Shown: positions 20,458 to 29,213, counted from the first letter of the stretch. The stretch: DNA of 32,000 nucleotides from Chelonobacter oris (GCF_000772535.1 NZ_JSUM01000019.1:1-32000), one strand, 5' to 3'. Numbers and translations: made by a program. The notes: generated from the sequence alone by a model not told the origin.

Positions 20458-22401
20458 CTATTTTTGTTCCGGCAATTTATACAAGCGGTTTTTATAGCTG
20501 TTGCTGCCCCATAAGGCGTATGCCAACGCTTCTTTTGCCATGCGGCGGTTGAGATCCGTTGCCGTCAGCTCGTGGCTGTCGGCATGATAACGGAAACTTT
20601 TGGCTTCAATATTCGGCTGTAGAATCGTGACTTCATCACCACGCATATACGCCAAATTTTTATCAAACTGCATTAATGCCCGATTCGGATTCTCGCTCCG
20701 GGTCAAATCATAACCCCACATCGGATATTCGCCGCTCACGCCGGCCAGTGACAATAATGTCGTCGGTAAGTCGATCTGGCTGATGAGTCGATTATCACGT
20801 CTGGCTTCGATCCCTTCGCCTAAAATCAGCCCCGGAATATGGAAATTCCGAATCGGCACTAACGACGCGCCGGCTGCGCGCGAATCGTGGTCGGCAACCA
20901 CCAAAAATACCGTATCTTTCCAATAATCGGATTTTTTTGCCAAGTCAAAGAAATAGCCCAGTGCGTAATCGGCATATTTGGCGGTGTTGTTGCGGGTCTG
21001 TTTCGGTTGTTCGTACAAGTCGATTTTATTGTCGGGAAATTCAAACGGATCGTGATTGCTTGAGGTAAATACTAAGCTGAAGAACGGCTGACCGCGCTTT
21101 TCCCATTCGCTGAATTTCTGATTTGCTTTATCAAATAAATCTTCGTCACTCATACCCCAAGTGGCAACGAATTTCGGATCTTGATAATCCGCCTGATCGA
21201 CGATGGTCTGAAAGCCGTTGCCGTAGAAGAAGCTCGCCATATTGTCGAAATGCTTCTCACCGCCGTAAATAAACGAGGTGTGATATCCCTGCCGTTTCAG
21301 CAATTCGGCAATGGTGAAAAAGCCGTTTTGACTGCCGGACAGTTTCACCGCCGCTCTTGCCGGTGTCGGCGTAAATCCGGCGGTAACCGCTTCAATCCCG
21401 CGTACTGAGCGAGTGCCGGTCGCATATAAATTTTCAAACAGCCAACCTTGTTTCGCCAATTGATCAAAGTGCGGTGAAAGCGGTTTGCCGCCCAATGTGC
21501 CGATAAATTGTGCGCCCTGACTTTCCTGTAGGATAATCACGATATTTTTCGGTTTGCCCTGATAACTTGCCCGATTATAGGTTAAAGTCGGAATCTCAGG
21601 ATTAATGTAGTCGCTTTCCGCCCGTCCACGCAGGTTTTTCAGGGTTTGCAGCACTTCATCAAACGGCATTTTGCCGTAGATTTCAGAGGAGTTGTCTTCA
21701 TCTTTGAACTGTTGAACGGCATACAACACCGAATAACCGGAATTCAGCACCAGCGAATTGACCAGCGCATCGGAAGAAAATGCCACCATCGACGGGTTAA
21801 TTCCGCGATGTTGTAAGCTGGAACGAGCACCAATAAACACTAGCGCCGCCACCAATAATGCAATAAACGGGCGATAACGCCAGCGGAACGGTGTCAAATT
21901 TCGGGTAACGTTGCCCGCCAGTCGCCAAAACAGCCAGCTTGCTAGAATCGCCGCCACCGGCACCGCTACCAACGACAAAAGATGCCCGTTTGCCAGCATA
22001 CTGAACACTTCTTTCGGATTGAGGAGATATTCCACAAACAGTCTGTTCGGGCGAAAATCATAAGTTGCAATAAAATCCGGCGTGGACAGTTCCATAAACA
22101 GAATAAACATGCTGCCGACGGTTAAGACCACTCGCAACACTAACAGATACGCTTTACCCAGTGTGTTATCGGATACCAACAATACGCTCAACAGCGCAAA
22201 CAGCCCGAACAGCCAACAGAGCGACACAATATCGATACGCACGCCCTGCAACAGCAATTCCGCCCAACCGTCAACGGCACTGACCCGTTCATGCTGCCAC
22301 CATGCCAACAGGATTCGGCTGCCGGAGAGTACAAACAGATTAACAAAAACAAAAACAACCAATGGGTATAACGAACCCAAAAATTTTTTTAGCGTAGACA
22401 T
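20458..22401 (-). CDS. LTA-synthase/sulfatase-family membrane enzyme (MdoB/LtaS-like phosphoglycerol-transferase fold); substrate unknown
   Basis: 647 aa, with about five N-terminal TM helices and an extracytoplasmic alkaline-phosphatase-superfamily domain. That domain carries ILQESQGAQF, ATGTRSVRG (candidate Thr nucleophile), WGMSDEDLF, SSNHDPF and VVADHDSR. Confidence 0.75.
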   Translation of the reverse strand: MSTLKKFLGSLYPLVVFVFVNLFVLSGSRILLAWWQHERVSAVDGWAELLLQGVRIDIVSLCWLFGLFALLSVLLVSDNTLGKAYLLVLRVVLTVGSMFILFMELSTPDFIATYDFRPNRLFVEYLLNPKEVFSMLANGHLLSLVAVPVAAILASWLFWRLAGNVTRNLTPFRWRYRPFIALLVAALVFIGARSSLQHRGINPSMVAFSSDALVNSLVLNSGYSVLYAVQQFKDEDNSSEIYGKMPFDEVLQTLKNLRGRAESDYINPEIPTLTYNRASYQGKPKNIVIILQESQGAQFIGTLGGKPLSPHFDQLAKQGWLFENLYATGTRSVRGIEAVTAGFTPTPARAAVKLSGSQNGFFTIAELLKRQGYHTSFIYGGEKHFDNMASFFYGNGFQTIVDQADYQDPKFVATWGMSDEDLFDKANQKFSEWEKRGQPFFSLVFTSSNHDPFEFPDNKIDLYEQPKQTRNNTAKYADYALGYFFDLAKKSDYWKDTVFLVVADHDSRAAGASLVPIRNFHIPGLILGEGIEARRDNRLISQIDLPTTLLSLAGVSGEYPMWGYDLTRSENPNRALMQFDKNLAYMRGDEVTILQPNIEAKSFRYHADSHELTATDLNRRMAKEALAYALWGSNSYKNRLYKLPEQK

Positions 22402-22492
22402 TTAACTGCCTTTATTATAATTAAAGTACGGATGCAGCTTAGAGCATCGGTTTCAAAAAAAGTTCTGTCGTTTTCTGTGATTTTAAAATGAT

Positions 22493-23233
22493 TTACGAGA
22501 CGTGTTTTTGTAAAAATCCTTTACCGCCCAATGCATTAATTTGACGCAAGATCCATTGTTGTTTACGCAGAACGGTCGCCGACGGTCGGTTAACCTTATA
22601 GCGAATCGGGTTTGGCAATACGGCGGCCAACAGCGCCGCTTCATTGAGGTTTAACTGTGCGGCGGATTTGTTGAAATAGTGACGGGCAGCAGCTTCCACA
22701 CCAAAAATGCCGTCGCCGAATTCGGCAATATTCAGATAGACTTCCAAAATCCGCCTTTTATCCCATACCACTTCCAGCAACAGTGTGGTCGGCACTTCAA
22801 TCCCTTTTCGCAGCCAACTTTGCCCGTGCCACAAATAAAGGTTTTTGGCGGTTTGTTGCGAAATCGTCGAACCGCCGCGAGTTCGAGCCGATTCCGCATT
22901 ATCTTCAAGTGCGGATTGAATCGCATCAAAATCCAGCCCGAAATGCTGAGTAAAGCGCTGATCTTCGGCAGCAATCGCCGCTATCTGCATTTGCCAGCTG
23001 ATCTTATCCAGATTGACCCAGTCGTATTGCCACTCATACGAAAAATCCCCACTAAACCAGTGAGCCGCTTGCTGTTGCAGCATATATGCCGAAAACGGAA
23101 CCGGCACAAATCGTAAAAGTGCGGTCAACGCCAACAGCGCCAACAAAAAGCGCATTGCCCATTTACAAACCGTTTTGCGAGGTTTGGTGCGCAATTGATG
23201 CCACAAACCGCACTTTTTCATTCGTTTCATCAC
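22493..23233 (-). CDS. mtgA: Monofunctional biosynthetic peptidoglycan transglycosylase (GT51)
   Basis: GT51 motifs are [31 protein letters not shown] and [13 protein letters not shown]. The first codon (23233) is GTG, with an ATG at 23230. The exact start is uncertain. Confidence 0.92.
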   Translation of the reverse strand: MMKRMKKCGLWHQLRTKPRKTVCKWAMRFLLALLALTALLRFVPVPFSAYMLQQQAAHWFSGDFSYEWQYDWVNLDKISWQMQIAAIAAEDQRFTQHFGLDFDAIQSALEDNAESARTRGGSTISQQTAKNLYLWHGQSWLRKGIEVPTTLLLEVVWDKRRILEVYLNIAEFGDGIFGVEAAARHYFNKSAAQLNLNEAALLAAVLPNPIRYKVNRPSATVLRKQQWILRQINALGGKGFLQKHVS

Positions 23234-23515
23234 TTAACGCTGCTGCAACCACTGCACAAAATCAACAGACATGGTTTTCAGCATATTCGAGCCGCGGGTG
23301 ATGGTGGCGGCGCTGGTATTCAGCTTTTGCTGTATCTCACGCTGTGAAAGCGTTTTTTCCAGCAGCGCATCGACAATTTTCACCCGTAAACCGACCGCAT
23401 CCCGTTCATCGGAAGTCAGCAACAACGTCAGCAGCTCTTCTTCACGCCCCTCGGCAAAGGCACGCCGCACGAGTTCGACAAAATCATGCCATTGCTGTTG
23501 TTTGATATTCGACAT
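23234..23515 (-). CDS. trpR: Trp operon repressor
   Basis: The product carries LLLTSDERDAVGLRVKIV..LL...LSQREI...L..S.ATITRGSN.LK, the TrpR helix-turn-helix region. The ATG at 23515 is preceded by an AGGTGG Shine-Dalgarno at 5-nt spacing. The GTG at 23524 is less likely. Confidence 0.9.
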   Translation of the reverse strand: MSNIKQQQWHDFVELVRRAFAEGREEELLTLLLTSDERDAVGLRVKIVDALLEKTLSQREIQQKLNTSAATITRGSNMLKTMSVDFVQWLQQR

Positions 23516-23551
23516 TTCGCCCACCTGTGATTGATTGATCGCACTGTTGCA

Positions 23552-25513
23552 CTAGTATAAGCGATCGGTTTCGCTTTTGGCGAATTTTATTAGCGGCTGA
23601 TTCGACAACATGCGGTAATAATAATCGAATGTCAGCACATTTTGCACATAACCGCGGGTTTCATAAAACGGAATCGTGGCAATAAATTCCGCCATACTCA
23701 ACCGTCCGCCGGCACGTGCCGACCAACGCTCAACCCGACTACTGCCTGCATTGTAAGCGGCGGCGATAAAAATGCGGTTTTCGCCGAAACGATCCGCCAG
23801 TTCCTGTAAATGCTGCGTACCCAACATAATATTGTCAAACGCATCAAACAGCTGACGCTCATGACGGTAAGGCAAGCGGAATTTCTCGGCGGTCGCTTTT
23901 GCCGTTGCCGGCAATAACTGCATTAAGCCACGGGCATCGGCATGTGATTGCGCATTCACATCCCATGCACTTTCCTGACGGGCGATTGCCATGGCAAAAC
24001 TGTTTGGCACCCATTTGTCTTTCAGGTTGATTTCAAACCACAATGGATAGGCTAACGGCAAACGCTGCGCCAGATAGGTCCAGGCTTTTGCCTGAATAGT
24101 AGCCTGAACGCCGAAGGCATACCACTGTTTTTGATTGGCATAATCCGCCAACGCAATCTGTTGCTTGCTGTCGGCTTGTGCCAATAATGCCTGCCACGCT
24201 TGTTTCGCTTGGGCAAATTGATCGATTGCTAAAAATTCTTCGATTTGCGCCAGATTTTGCCGTAATGGTTGCAGCTGCGCATCGGCTTCCGCCTGCGCCA
24301 AACGGGCAAAGTGCGGTTTGTATGCCGAATTCAGCTGCTCAGCCGCCAGCATCGGATAAAAGCCCCGTTCCTGTGCCAAACGCTGCCACTGCTGCTGTTC
24401 CTGTATTTTTCTGCCTTGCTTATTATCATTAAATGCTTGCCAAAAACGCCATTCCTGTTGCGCTTTTCCCGTGTCGGACAACAATGCCAACCACTCGCTT
24501 AAATCGCTTTGTGCCAAAATCGCCAAACGGATTCGGCGCTCGGTCAAATTATCCTGTTTCAAAAGACGCAGCTGTTGATCGCGCCATTGGCGAATCGACG
24601 GATTCTCCGAATCGAACAGTTTGCTGATCAACGCCGCGCGCCATTCGTTCAATGCCGCTTGATCCAAGCCGAAACGTAAACCCCATGCTTGATATTCTGC
24701 AAAAGGATCCGGCACGGCAAACTGCTGTTCGGTTAACGATCGAAGATAACGGGCAAACGTTAAGCGCACAATATCGGCATTCTGCGGATTAAGCGCGGCA
24801 GTTTGTACAAACAGGCTGAGGCTTTGCGGGTTATTGCGCAATTCCAGCAAACTTTCCAGCCAGTTGCTCATCACAATATCGTGACTTTGATTACGCAAAT
24901 GGCGCAACAGCCCGTCACTGCCTTTTTCAAACGCCAATACCGCACGTTGTTTGAGCAAATCGTCACTCAACCGTCCTGCATGTTGCCAACGGGTAAAAAT
25001 ATCATCACAGGCCGATGGTAAAGAGCTGCCGTTTAGCCAAATTTTGTCGACCGCTTGCCAAAGTGCGGTTTTATCGCCTTGCGATTCGGCTTGGGCAGAA
25101 AAATAAACGCAACGCGAAATCAAATCGCTCGGCGGCGTTTGGCTAAGTTGTAAAATGCCCTGCCAGTCCGCACGCTGCTGCAAAGTTTGGTATAAAGTGC
25201 GGTCAAGATTGTTGCTTATTGCCAGCGCCGGATAGTGCTGTGCAAATTGCCGAATTTTGTCCGCCGATAAATTTTCTTTATCACTCACCAGCCGCTGATA
25301 CTGCAAATAAGGCAGCAGTACATAACCGTCCAAACGGTCAATCAATTGATCCACCACAGTAAAATTATTTTTTTCGCCCGATAACGGCAACAACGCTTCG
25401 GCTTTCCGATAAATCTCACGCTGCCGTTCTAGTGGCAAAACGTCGGCATGAAGTGAAAGACTTGTCCATAAACCGCACAGCGTTGCCAACGCCACGCTTT
25501 TTTTCTGTCGCAT
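23552..25513 (-). CDS. slt: Soluble lytic murein transglycosylase (Slt70 family)
   Basis: A signal peptide follows the ATG at 25513 (MRQKKSVALATLCGLWTSLSLHA). The product has a long superhelical domain and a C-terminal GH23 catalytic motif, ESAWDVNAQSHADARGLMQLLPATA...AAYNAG. Confidence 0.9.
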   Translation of the reverse strand: MRQKKSVALATLCGLWTSLSLHADVLPLERQREIYRKAEALLPLSGEKNNFTVVDQLIDRLDGYVLLPYLQYQRLVSDKENLSADKIRQFAQHYPALAISNNLDRTLYQTLQQRADWQGILQLSQTPPSDLISRCVYFSAQAESQGDKTALWQAVDKIWLNGSSLPSACDDIFTRWQHAGRLSDDLLKQRAVLAFEKGSDGLLRHLRNQSHDIVMSNWLESLLELRNNPQSLSLFVQTAALNPQNADIVRLTFARYLRSLTEQQFAVPDPFAEYQAWGLRFGLDQAALNEWRAALISKLFDSENPSIRQWRDQQLRLLKQDNLTERRIRLAILAQSDLSEWLALLSDTGKAQQEWRFWQAFNDNKQGRKIQEQQQWQRLAQERGFYPMLAAEQLNSAYKPHFARLAQAEADAQLQPLRQNLAQIEEFLAIDQFAQAKQAWQALLAQADSKQQIALADYANQKQWYAFGVQATIQAKAWTYLAQRLPLAYPLWFEINLKDKWVPNSFAMAIARQESAWDVNAQSHADARGLMQLLPATAKATAEKFRLPYRHERQLFDAFDNIMLGTQHLQELADRFGENRIFIAAAYNAGSSRVERWSARAGGRLSMAEFIATIPFYETRGYVQNVLTFDYYYRMLSNQPLIKFAKSETDRLY

Positions 25514-25556
25514 ATCCGCTCTCCGAAAATCATTTTCCCAACATTTCAAGACACCT

Positions 25557-25589
25557 ATAAAAAAACACCTTGCAAGACTACAAGGTGTT
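25557..25589 (-). terminator. Rho-independent terminator after znuA
   Basis: On the minus strand, AACACCUUG-uagucuug-CAAGGUGUU forms a 9-bp perfect stem, followed by UUUUUUA. It starts 30 nt after the znuA stop. Confidence 0.75.
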
Positions 25590-25618
25590 AGACCGTTTAA
25601 TAAAACAAAAAGTTTAAA

Positions 25619-26617
25619 TTATTTTTTCGCTAAACACTGGGAAAAGCTGTCCGCCAACGACTGTAAGTAATCAATATAGGCGGTTTTGCCGATAGCGATC
25701 TGTTCTCCCATCGGATCCAATACGCCCAGTTTAACCCCGGTATTTTTATGCAGGGTTTCCAATAGGCGGGGGGTAAACTGCGGTTCCGCAAACAGGCATT
25801 TTGCATTATTCGCCGCAATATCGGCTTTAATCTCATTCAACGTTTTTGCGCCCGGCGCCACTGCCGGATTAATCGTAAACGCACCTAAATGTTTGAGACC
25901 GTACTGACGTTCAAAATAGCCGTAAGCGTCGTGGAAAACATAGTAGCCCCGTTGTTGTATCGGTTCCAATTGTGTTTTCAGTTGTTGTTTTTTGCCGGCG
26001 ACACCTTGTTTAAAGGCCGACAGATTAGCCTCAATCAAATCCGTTTTGGCCGGATAATGATTTTTTAACTGCTTTGCAAGCTGTTCTGCAATTTTTTCAC
26101 TGATATCGCTGGAAAACCAAACATGCCAATCGGTTGTCATACCGCCATGGTCATGGTCATGGTCATGGTCATGGTCATGGTCGTGATCATCTTCGAATCC
26201 CGGCGGGCCGTCATGATCATGGTCGTGATGATGGTCGTGGTCATGGTCATGATCGTGGTCATCCGCATGAACATGTAGTGCTTCGCCCAAAAATTGCTGA
26301 ATACTGCCCATTTTGTCGATTTGCAAGACATTTTCCGCCTTTAGCCGACCGATACTTTTACTCAGAAATGTTTCCATATCCTGACCGATCCAGACCACCA
26401 GTTCCGCTTGTTGCAACCGTTGTAAATCCGACGGGCGCATATTGTAATCATGCGGAGACGCGCCGGTAGGCAATAAAACTTGAGTGGGCGTTACACCGTC
26501 TGCAACCGCTGCCGCAATAAAACCAAGCGGTTTTACTGTCGTCACAATATCTGCCTGGGCAGTGTAGGCAATGGTTGAGAGGAGCACGCCTGCCAATGGT
26601 TTATTTATTATTTTCAT
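25619..26617 (-). CDS. znuA: Zinc ABC transporter periplasmic binding protein with an extended His/Asp-rich loop
   Basis: The product has a signal peptide (MKIINKPLAGVLLSTIAYTAQA) and a cluster-9 SBP fold (GASPHDY, FHDAYGYF). Its loop reads HVHADDHDHDHDHDHHHDHDHDGPPGFEDDHDHDHDHDHDHDHGG. Confidence 0.9.
   Translation of the reverse strand: MKIINKPLAGVLLSTIAYTAQADIVTTVKPLGFIAAAVADGVTPTQVLLPTGASPHDYNMRPSDLQRLQQAELVVWIGQDMETFLSKSIGRLKAENVLQIDKMGSIQQFLGEALHVHADDHDHDHDHDHHHDHDHDGPPGFEDDHDHDHDHDHDHDHGGMTTDWHVWFSSDISEKIAEQLAKQLKNHYPAKTDLIEANLSAFKQGVAGKKQQLKTQLEPIQQRGYYVFHDAYGYFERQYGLKHLGAFTINPAVAPGAKTLNEIKADIAANNAKCLFAEPQFTPRLLETLHKNTGVKLGVLDPMGEQIAIGKTAYIDYLQSLADSFSQCLAKK
26146..26181. repeat. Perfect hexanucleotide tandem repeat (CATGGT)x6 inside znuA, encoding (Asp-His)n
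   Basis: Six uninterrupted CATGGT units are read directly from the sequence. Degenerate units continue to about 26190, and a second imperfect block spans about 26209..26263. Confidence 0.95.
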
Positions 26618-26633
26618 GCTTTTTCCTTGTTAT

Positions 26634-27410
26634 TTAAGATTTCGCCGGAGGCTGTAACAGCTTCTCCAGCACTCTGGCAACGGCAAAAAAACCAAATGTC
26701 GCCGTCACCATGGTTGCAGCGCCGAAACCATTTGCACAATTCATGGTTGCCGACAACTGACAATCACCTTCCGTTTGTGGGAAGATAAGCGGTTGGGTCG
26801 AAAAAACACAATCGACCCCAAATTTTCGTTTTGGATTCTGACTAAAGCGGTATTGTTTGCGCAGCAGCGACCGCACTTTTGCCGCCAACGGATCTTGGAC
26901 AGTACGACTGAGATCGGCGATTTGAATCCGTGTCGGATCGGTTTGTCCGCCGGCACCGCCGATGGTGATCAATCTGATTTTATGCCGCTTGCAATAGGCG
27001 ATCAACGCCGCTTTCACTTTCACACTGTCGATAGCGTCAATCACATAATCAAAGTGCGGTTGAATATAATCGGCAATATTGTCCAATGTGAGAAAATCAT
27101 CAATCACACTGACTTCACATTGCGGATTGATCTGTTGAATCCTTTGCGCCATCACCGCCGTTTTCAACGCCCCGATCTCCCCGCTCAAGGCGTGGATCTG
27201 ACGATTGATGTTAGTCACGCAAATATCGTCCATGTCAATTAGGGTAATCTTACCGATACCGCTGCGTGCCAAGGCTTCCGCCGCCCAAGAGCCGACACCG
27301 CCGATTCCAACCACACAAACGTGTGCGCCGCTCAAAATCGGCAATGCATGTTGCCCATATAAACGGGCTATACCGCCGAAACGGCGTTCATAATTATCAA
27401 TGCGTTCCAT
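26634..27410 (-). CDS. tcdA: tRNA threonylcarbamoyladenosine (t6A) dehydratase, ThiF/E1-like family
   Basis: Matches E. coli TcdA/CsdL (RRFGGIARLYG, VVGIGGVGSWAAEALARSGIG.ITLIDMDD.CVTN.NRQIHAL, IDAIDSV..KAALIAYC, GFGAATMVTATFGF). The codon at 27434 is TTG. The ATG at 27410 avoids overlap with mltA. Confidence 0.9.
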   Translation of the reverse strand: MERIDNYERRFGGIARLYGQHALPILSGAHVCVVGIGGVGSWAAEALARSGIGKITLIDMDDICVTNINRQIHALSGEIGALKTAVMAQRIQQINPQCEVSVIDDFLTLDNIADYIQPHFDYVIDAIDSVKVKAALIAYCKRHKIRLITIGGAGGQTDPTRIQIADLSRTVQDPLAAKVRSLLRKQYRFSQNPKRKFGVDCVFSTQPLIFPQTEGDCQLSATMNCANGFGAATMVTATFGFFAVARVLEKLLQPPAKS

Positions 27411-27418
27411 TCGTAGCG

Positions 27419-28525
27419 TTATTTCAATAGCCAAACGCGGCCATAGTGTTTCATTAATCCGGCTTTATGTCCCGCCTCATCACCGATTCCCTGATACAAA
27501 TCAAAGTGATGACCTTTCACCGCGCCGCCAACGTCCAACGCCATCATCAAACGCAACTGATGTTGCCCCGTCCAGTTGCCTTTTGAGTCGATCAACGGTT
27601 CTTCCACCAGCAAAACACTGCCCGACGGAATCACACTGCGATCGGATGCCAAAGAAGCGAGCGGCACTAGCGGAATACCTGCCGACCCGCGCACTTTGCC
27701 GGTCGGATCGTTTTTAAAGAAGACATATGACGGATTGCGTTCTAACAGCCCCCGCAAGCGTGACGGATTGCGTGTCGCCCATTCGCGAATTGCCTGAATC
27801 GACATTTTTTCCTTTTCAATTTCACCCTGTTCGACCAACAAGCGCCCGATAGCCTGATACTTAAAGCCGTTCTGTCCGGCATAGGCAAAATAATTTAAAT
27901 TGCCGTTGCCGAAATCCACATATCCGCTGCCCTGTACCCCTAATAAAAAGTTGTCCAACATCGAATCGCTATATGCCAACTCCAAGCCGCGCCCATTCAA
28001 TGCGCCGGCATAAATTTGCGCACGGGTATAACGCTTATCTTTCGGCATGGCGTGAATCGGGTGACGGTATTTTCCTTGCGCCGTCCGACGGGCATGAATC
28101 ACCGGCGAGAAATAACCGGTCATCAGGACGTTTTGATAACCGTCTTCGCCGCGCATTTGCTGTAAATTAACGCCATATTGCGTGATTTGTTCGACATTGC
28201 CGCCGGATAACACCCAGTTCATCACTTTGTTGTAAGTTGAGGCATTATTGTTTGCCATACGCGGTGACGTATTCTGCACTATCGACAGTTGCGTCAAAAA
28301 ATCCCCTTGATTGACGACACTTCCCGCATTGGCAACACGAGAAACCGAAAACAGATTTTGGTTCGGTTCAATGTAGCTGCGCCCTTTATACACTGCGCCC
28401 ATTTTTTCGTGCAGTGCGATTTCATCTTGATAGGACGGCGTAACGGTTGTTTTCGGTGTGGAACCGCAAGCAGACAGCAGTAACATGGCCGATGCCGTCA
28501 GTACAAATTTAAAACTCAGTTTCAT
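27419..28525 (-). CDS. mltA: Membrane-bound lytic murein transglycosylase A (lipoprotein)
   Basis: The lipoprotein signal MKLSFKFVLTASAMLLLSAC has a lipobox Cys. MltA-specific and 3D domains are present (GYFSP, GSGYVDFG, LASDRSVIPSGSVLL, ALDVGGAVKGHHFDLY). Confidence 0.9.
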   Translation of the reverse strand: MKLSFKFVLTASAMLLLSACGSTPKTTVTPSYQDEIALHEKMGAVYKGRSYIEPNQNLFSVSRVANAGSVVNQGDFLTQLSIVQNTSPRMANNNASTYNKVMNWVLSGGNVEQITQYGVNLQQMRGEDGYQNVLMTGYFSPVIHARRTAQGKYRHPIHAMPKDKRYTRAQIYAGALNGRGLELAYSDSMLDNFLLGVQGSGYVDFGNGNLNYFAYAGQNGFKYQAIGRLLVEQGEIEKEKMSIQAIREWATRNPSRLRGLLERNPSYVFFKNDPTGKVRGSAGIPLVPLASLASDRSVIPSGSVLLVEEPLIDSKGNWTGQHQLRLMMALDVGGAVKGHHFDLYQGIGDEAGHKAGLMKHYGRVWLLK

Positions 28526-28689
28526 GGTGATGTTTGTCTTTCCTGTGGTGATAAAGCGGAGTACCAGTCGAGAGGCAGTACCTTAGCAAAAAAAAAATCA
28601 AAAATACAGCGTTCACAGTAAGATATTACGCCGGTTTCGCCGGACAATTTGCCGACAACACGAACAATGCGGCGATTATATCGCCACCT

Positions 28690-28752
28690 AGAAGAAAAAA
28701 AGAAAAAAAGTATAAAAATAGGGTTGTATTATTTAAAAAAAAGCGTATATTA
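28690..28752 (+). promoter_or_regulatory. Putative sigma70 promoter of tRNA-fMet
   Basis: -35 TTGTAT (28724..28729), a 16-nt spacer, -10 TATATT (28746..28751), with an A-rich UP-like tract at 28691..28720. The tRNA 5' end is 15 nt after the -10. Confidence 0.5.
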
Positions 28753-28765
28753 CGCCACTCACAGA

Positions 28766-28842
<77 letters not shown>

Positions 28843-28850
28843 GTTTTCTA

Positions 28851-28876
28851 AAAGCACCTTTTGAGGTGCTTTTTTC
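28851..28876 (+). terminator. Rho-independent terminator after tRNA-fMet
   Basis: AAGCACCT-tttg-AGGTGCTT followed by TTTTTCAT. Confidence 0.75.
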
Positions 28877-28885
28877 ATATCCGAT

Positions 28886-28910
28886 ACCGCACTTTTTCAA
28901 TACCGCACTT
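28886..28910. repeat. Two same-orientation USS cores 16 bp apart in an intergenic region
   Basis: ATACCGCACTT occurs twice, with cores at 28886..28894 and 28902..28910. Confidence 0.9.
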
Positions 28911-28948
28911 CTTTGCATTCGGCGCAGCACAACCGAATGCAGTCCCAA

Positions 28949-28976
28949 TAAAAAAAGCCGTCCGAAACGGACGACT
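28949..28976 (-). terminator. Rho-independent terminator after the cold-shock gene
   Basis: On the minus strand, CGUCCG-uuu-CGGACG(G)C is followed by UUUUUUUAUU. It lies about 30 nt after the stop at 29004. Confidence 0.65.
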
Positions 28977-29003
28977 TTTATGAATTCGATAAGTTCAGCT
29001 CAA

Positions 29004-29213
29004 TTAAGCAATAACTGTTACGTTTTCAGCTTTTTTACCACGTTGATCATCAACAATATTAAAAAGCACTGCTTGGCCTTCTTTTAAAGTACGAAACCCT
29101 TCGCTTTGGATTGCTGAGAAATGTACGAATACATCTTCGCCACCATCAACTTGTAAAAAACCAAAACCTTTAGTTTCATTGAACCATTTTACGGTTCCTT
29201 TTGCTTGAGACAT
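29004..29213 (-). CDS. CspA-family cold-shock protein
   Basis: 69 aa, reading [15 protein letters not shown] (RNP1) ... DVFVHFSAI (RNP2). An AGGATG Shine-Dalgarno lies upstream. Confidence 0.92.
   Translation of the reverse strand: MSQAKGTVKWFNETKGFGFLQVDGGEDVFVHFSAIQSEGFRTLKEGQAVLFNIVDDQRGKKAENVTVIA

Noticed and set aside
26146-26263. Short tandem repeats that could superficially suggest a CRISPR-like or phase-variation locus.
   Set aside because: The unit is 6 nt with no spacers, so it is not CRISPR. It lies in frame within a CDS and the unit is a multiple of three, so it cannot cause frameshift ON/OFF switching.
26134-26469. A plus-strand ORF encoding MSYRHGHGHGHGHGHGRDH..., and a minus-strand off-frame ORF at 26137..26331 rich in MT/TM repeats.
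   Set aside because: Both are alternative-frame or antisense read-outs of the hexanucleotide repeat inside znuA. The znuA frame has a signal peptide and a full SBP fold on both sides of the repeat.
26618-26640. A Zur box upstream of znuA.
   Set aside because: Only one TGTTAT/ATAACA half-site is present. The expected inverted partner of the roughly 23-bp Zur palindrome is absent.
28671-28685. The small palindrome GGCGAT-tat-ATCGCC between mltA and tRNA-fMet.
   Set aside because: It is a 6-bp stem with a 3-nt loop and no U-tract on either strand. That is too weak and too generic to call as a terminator or operator.
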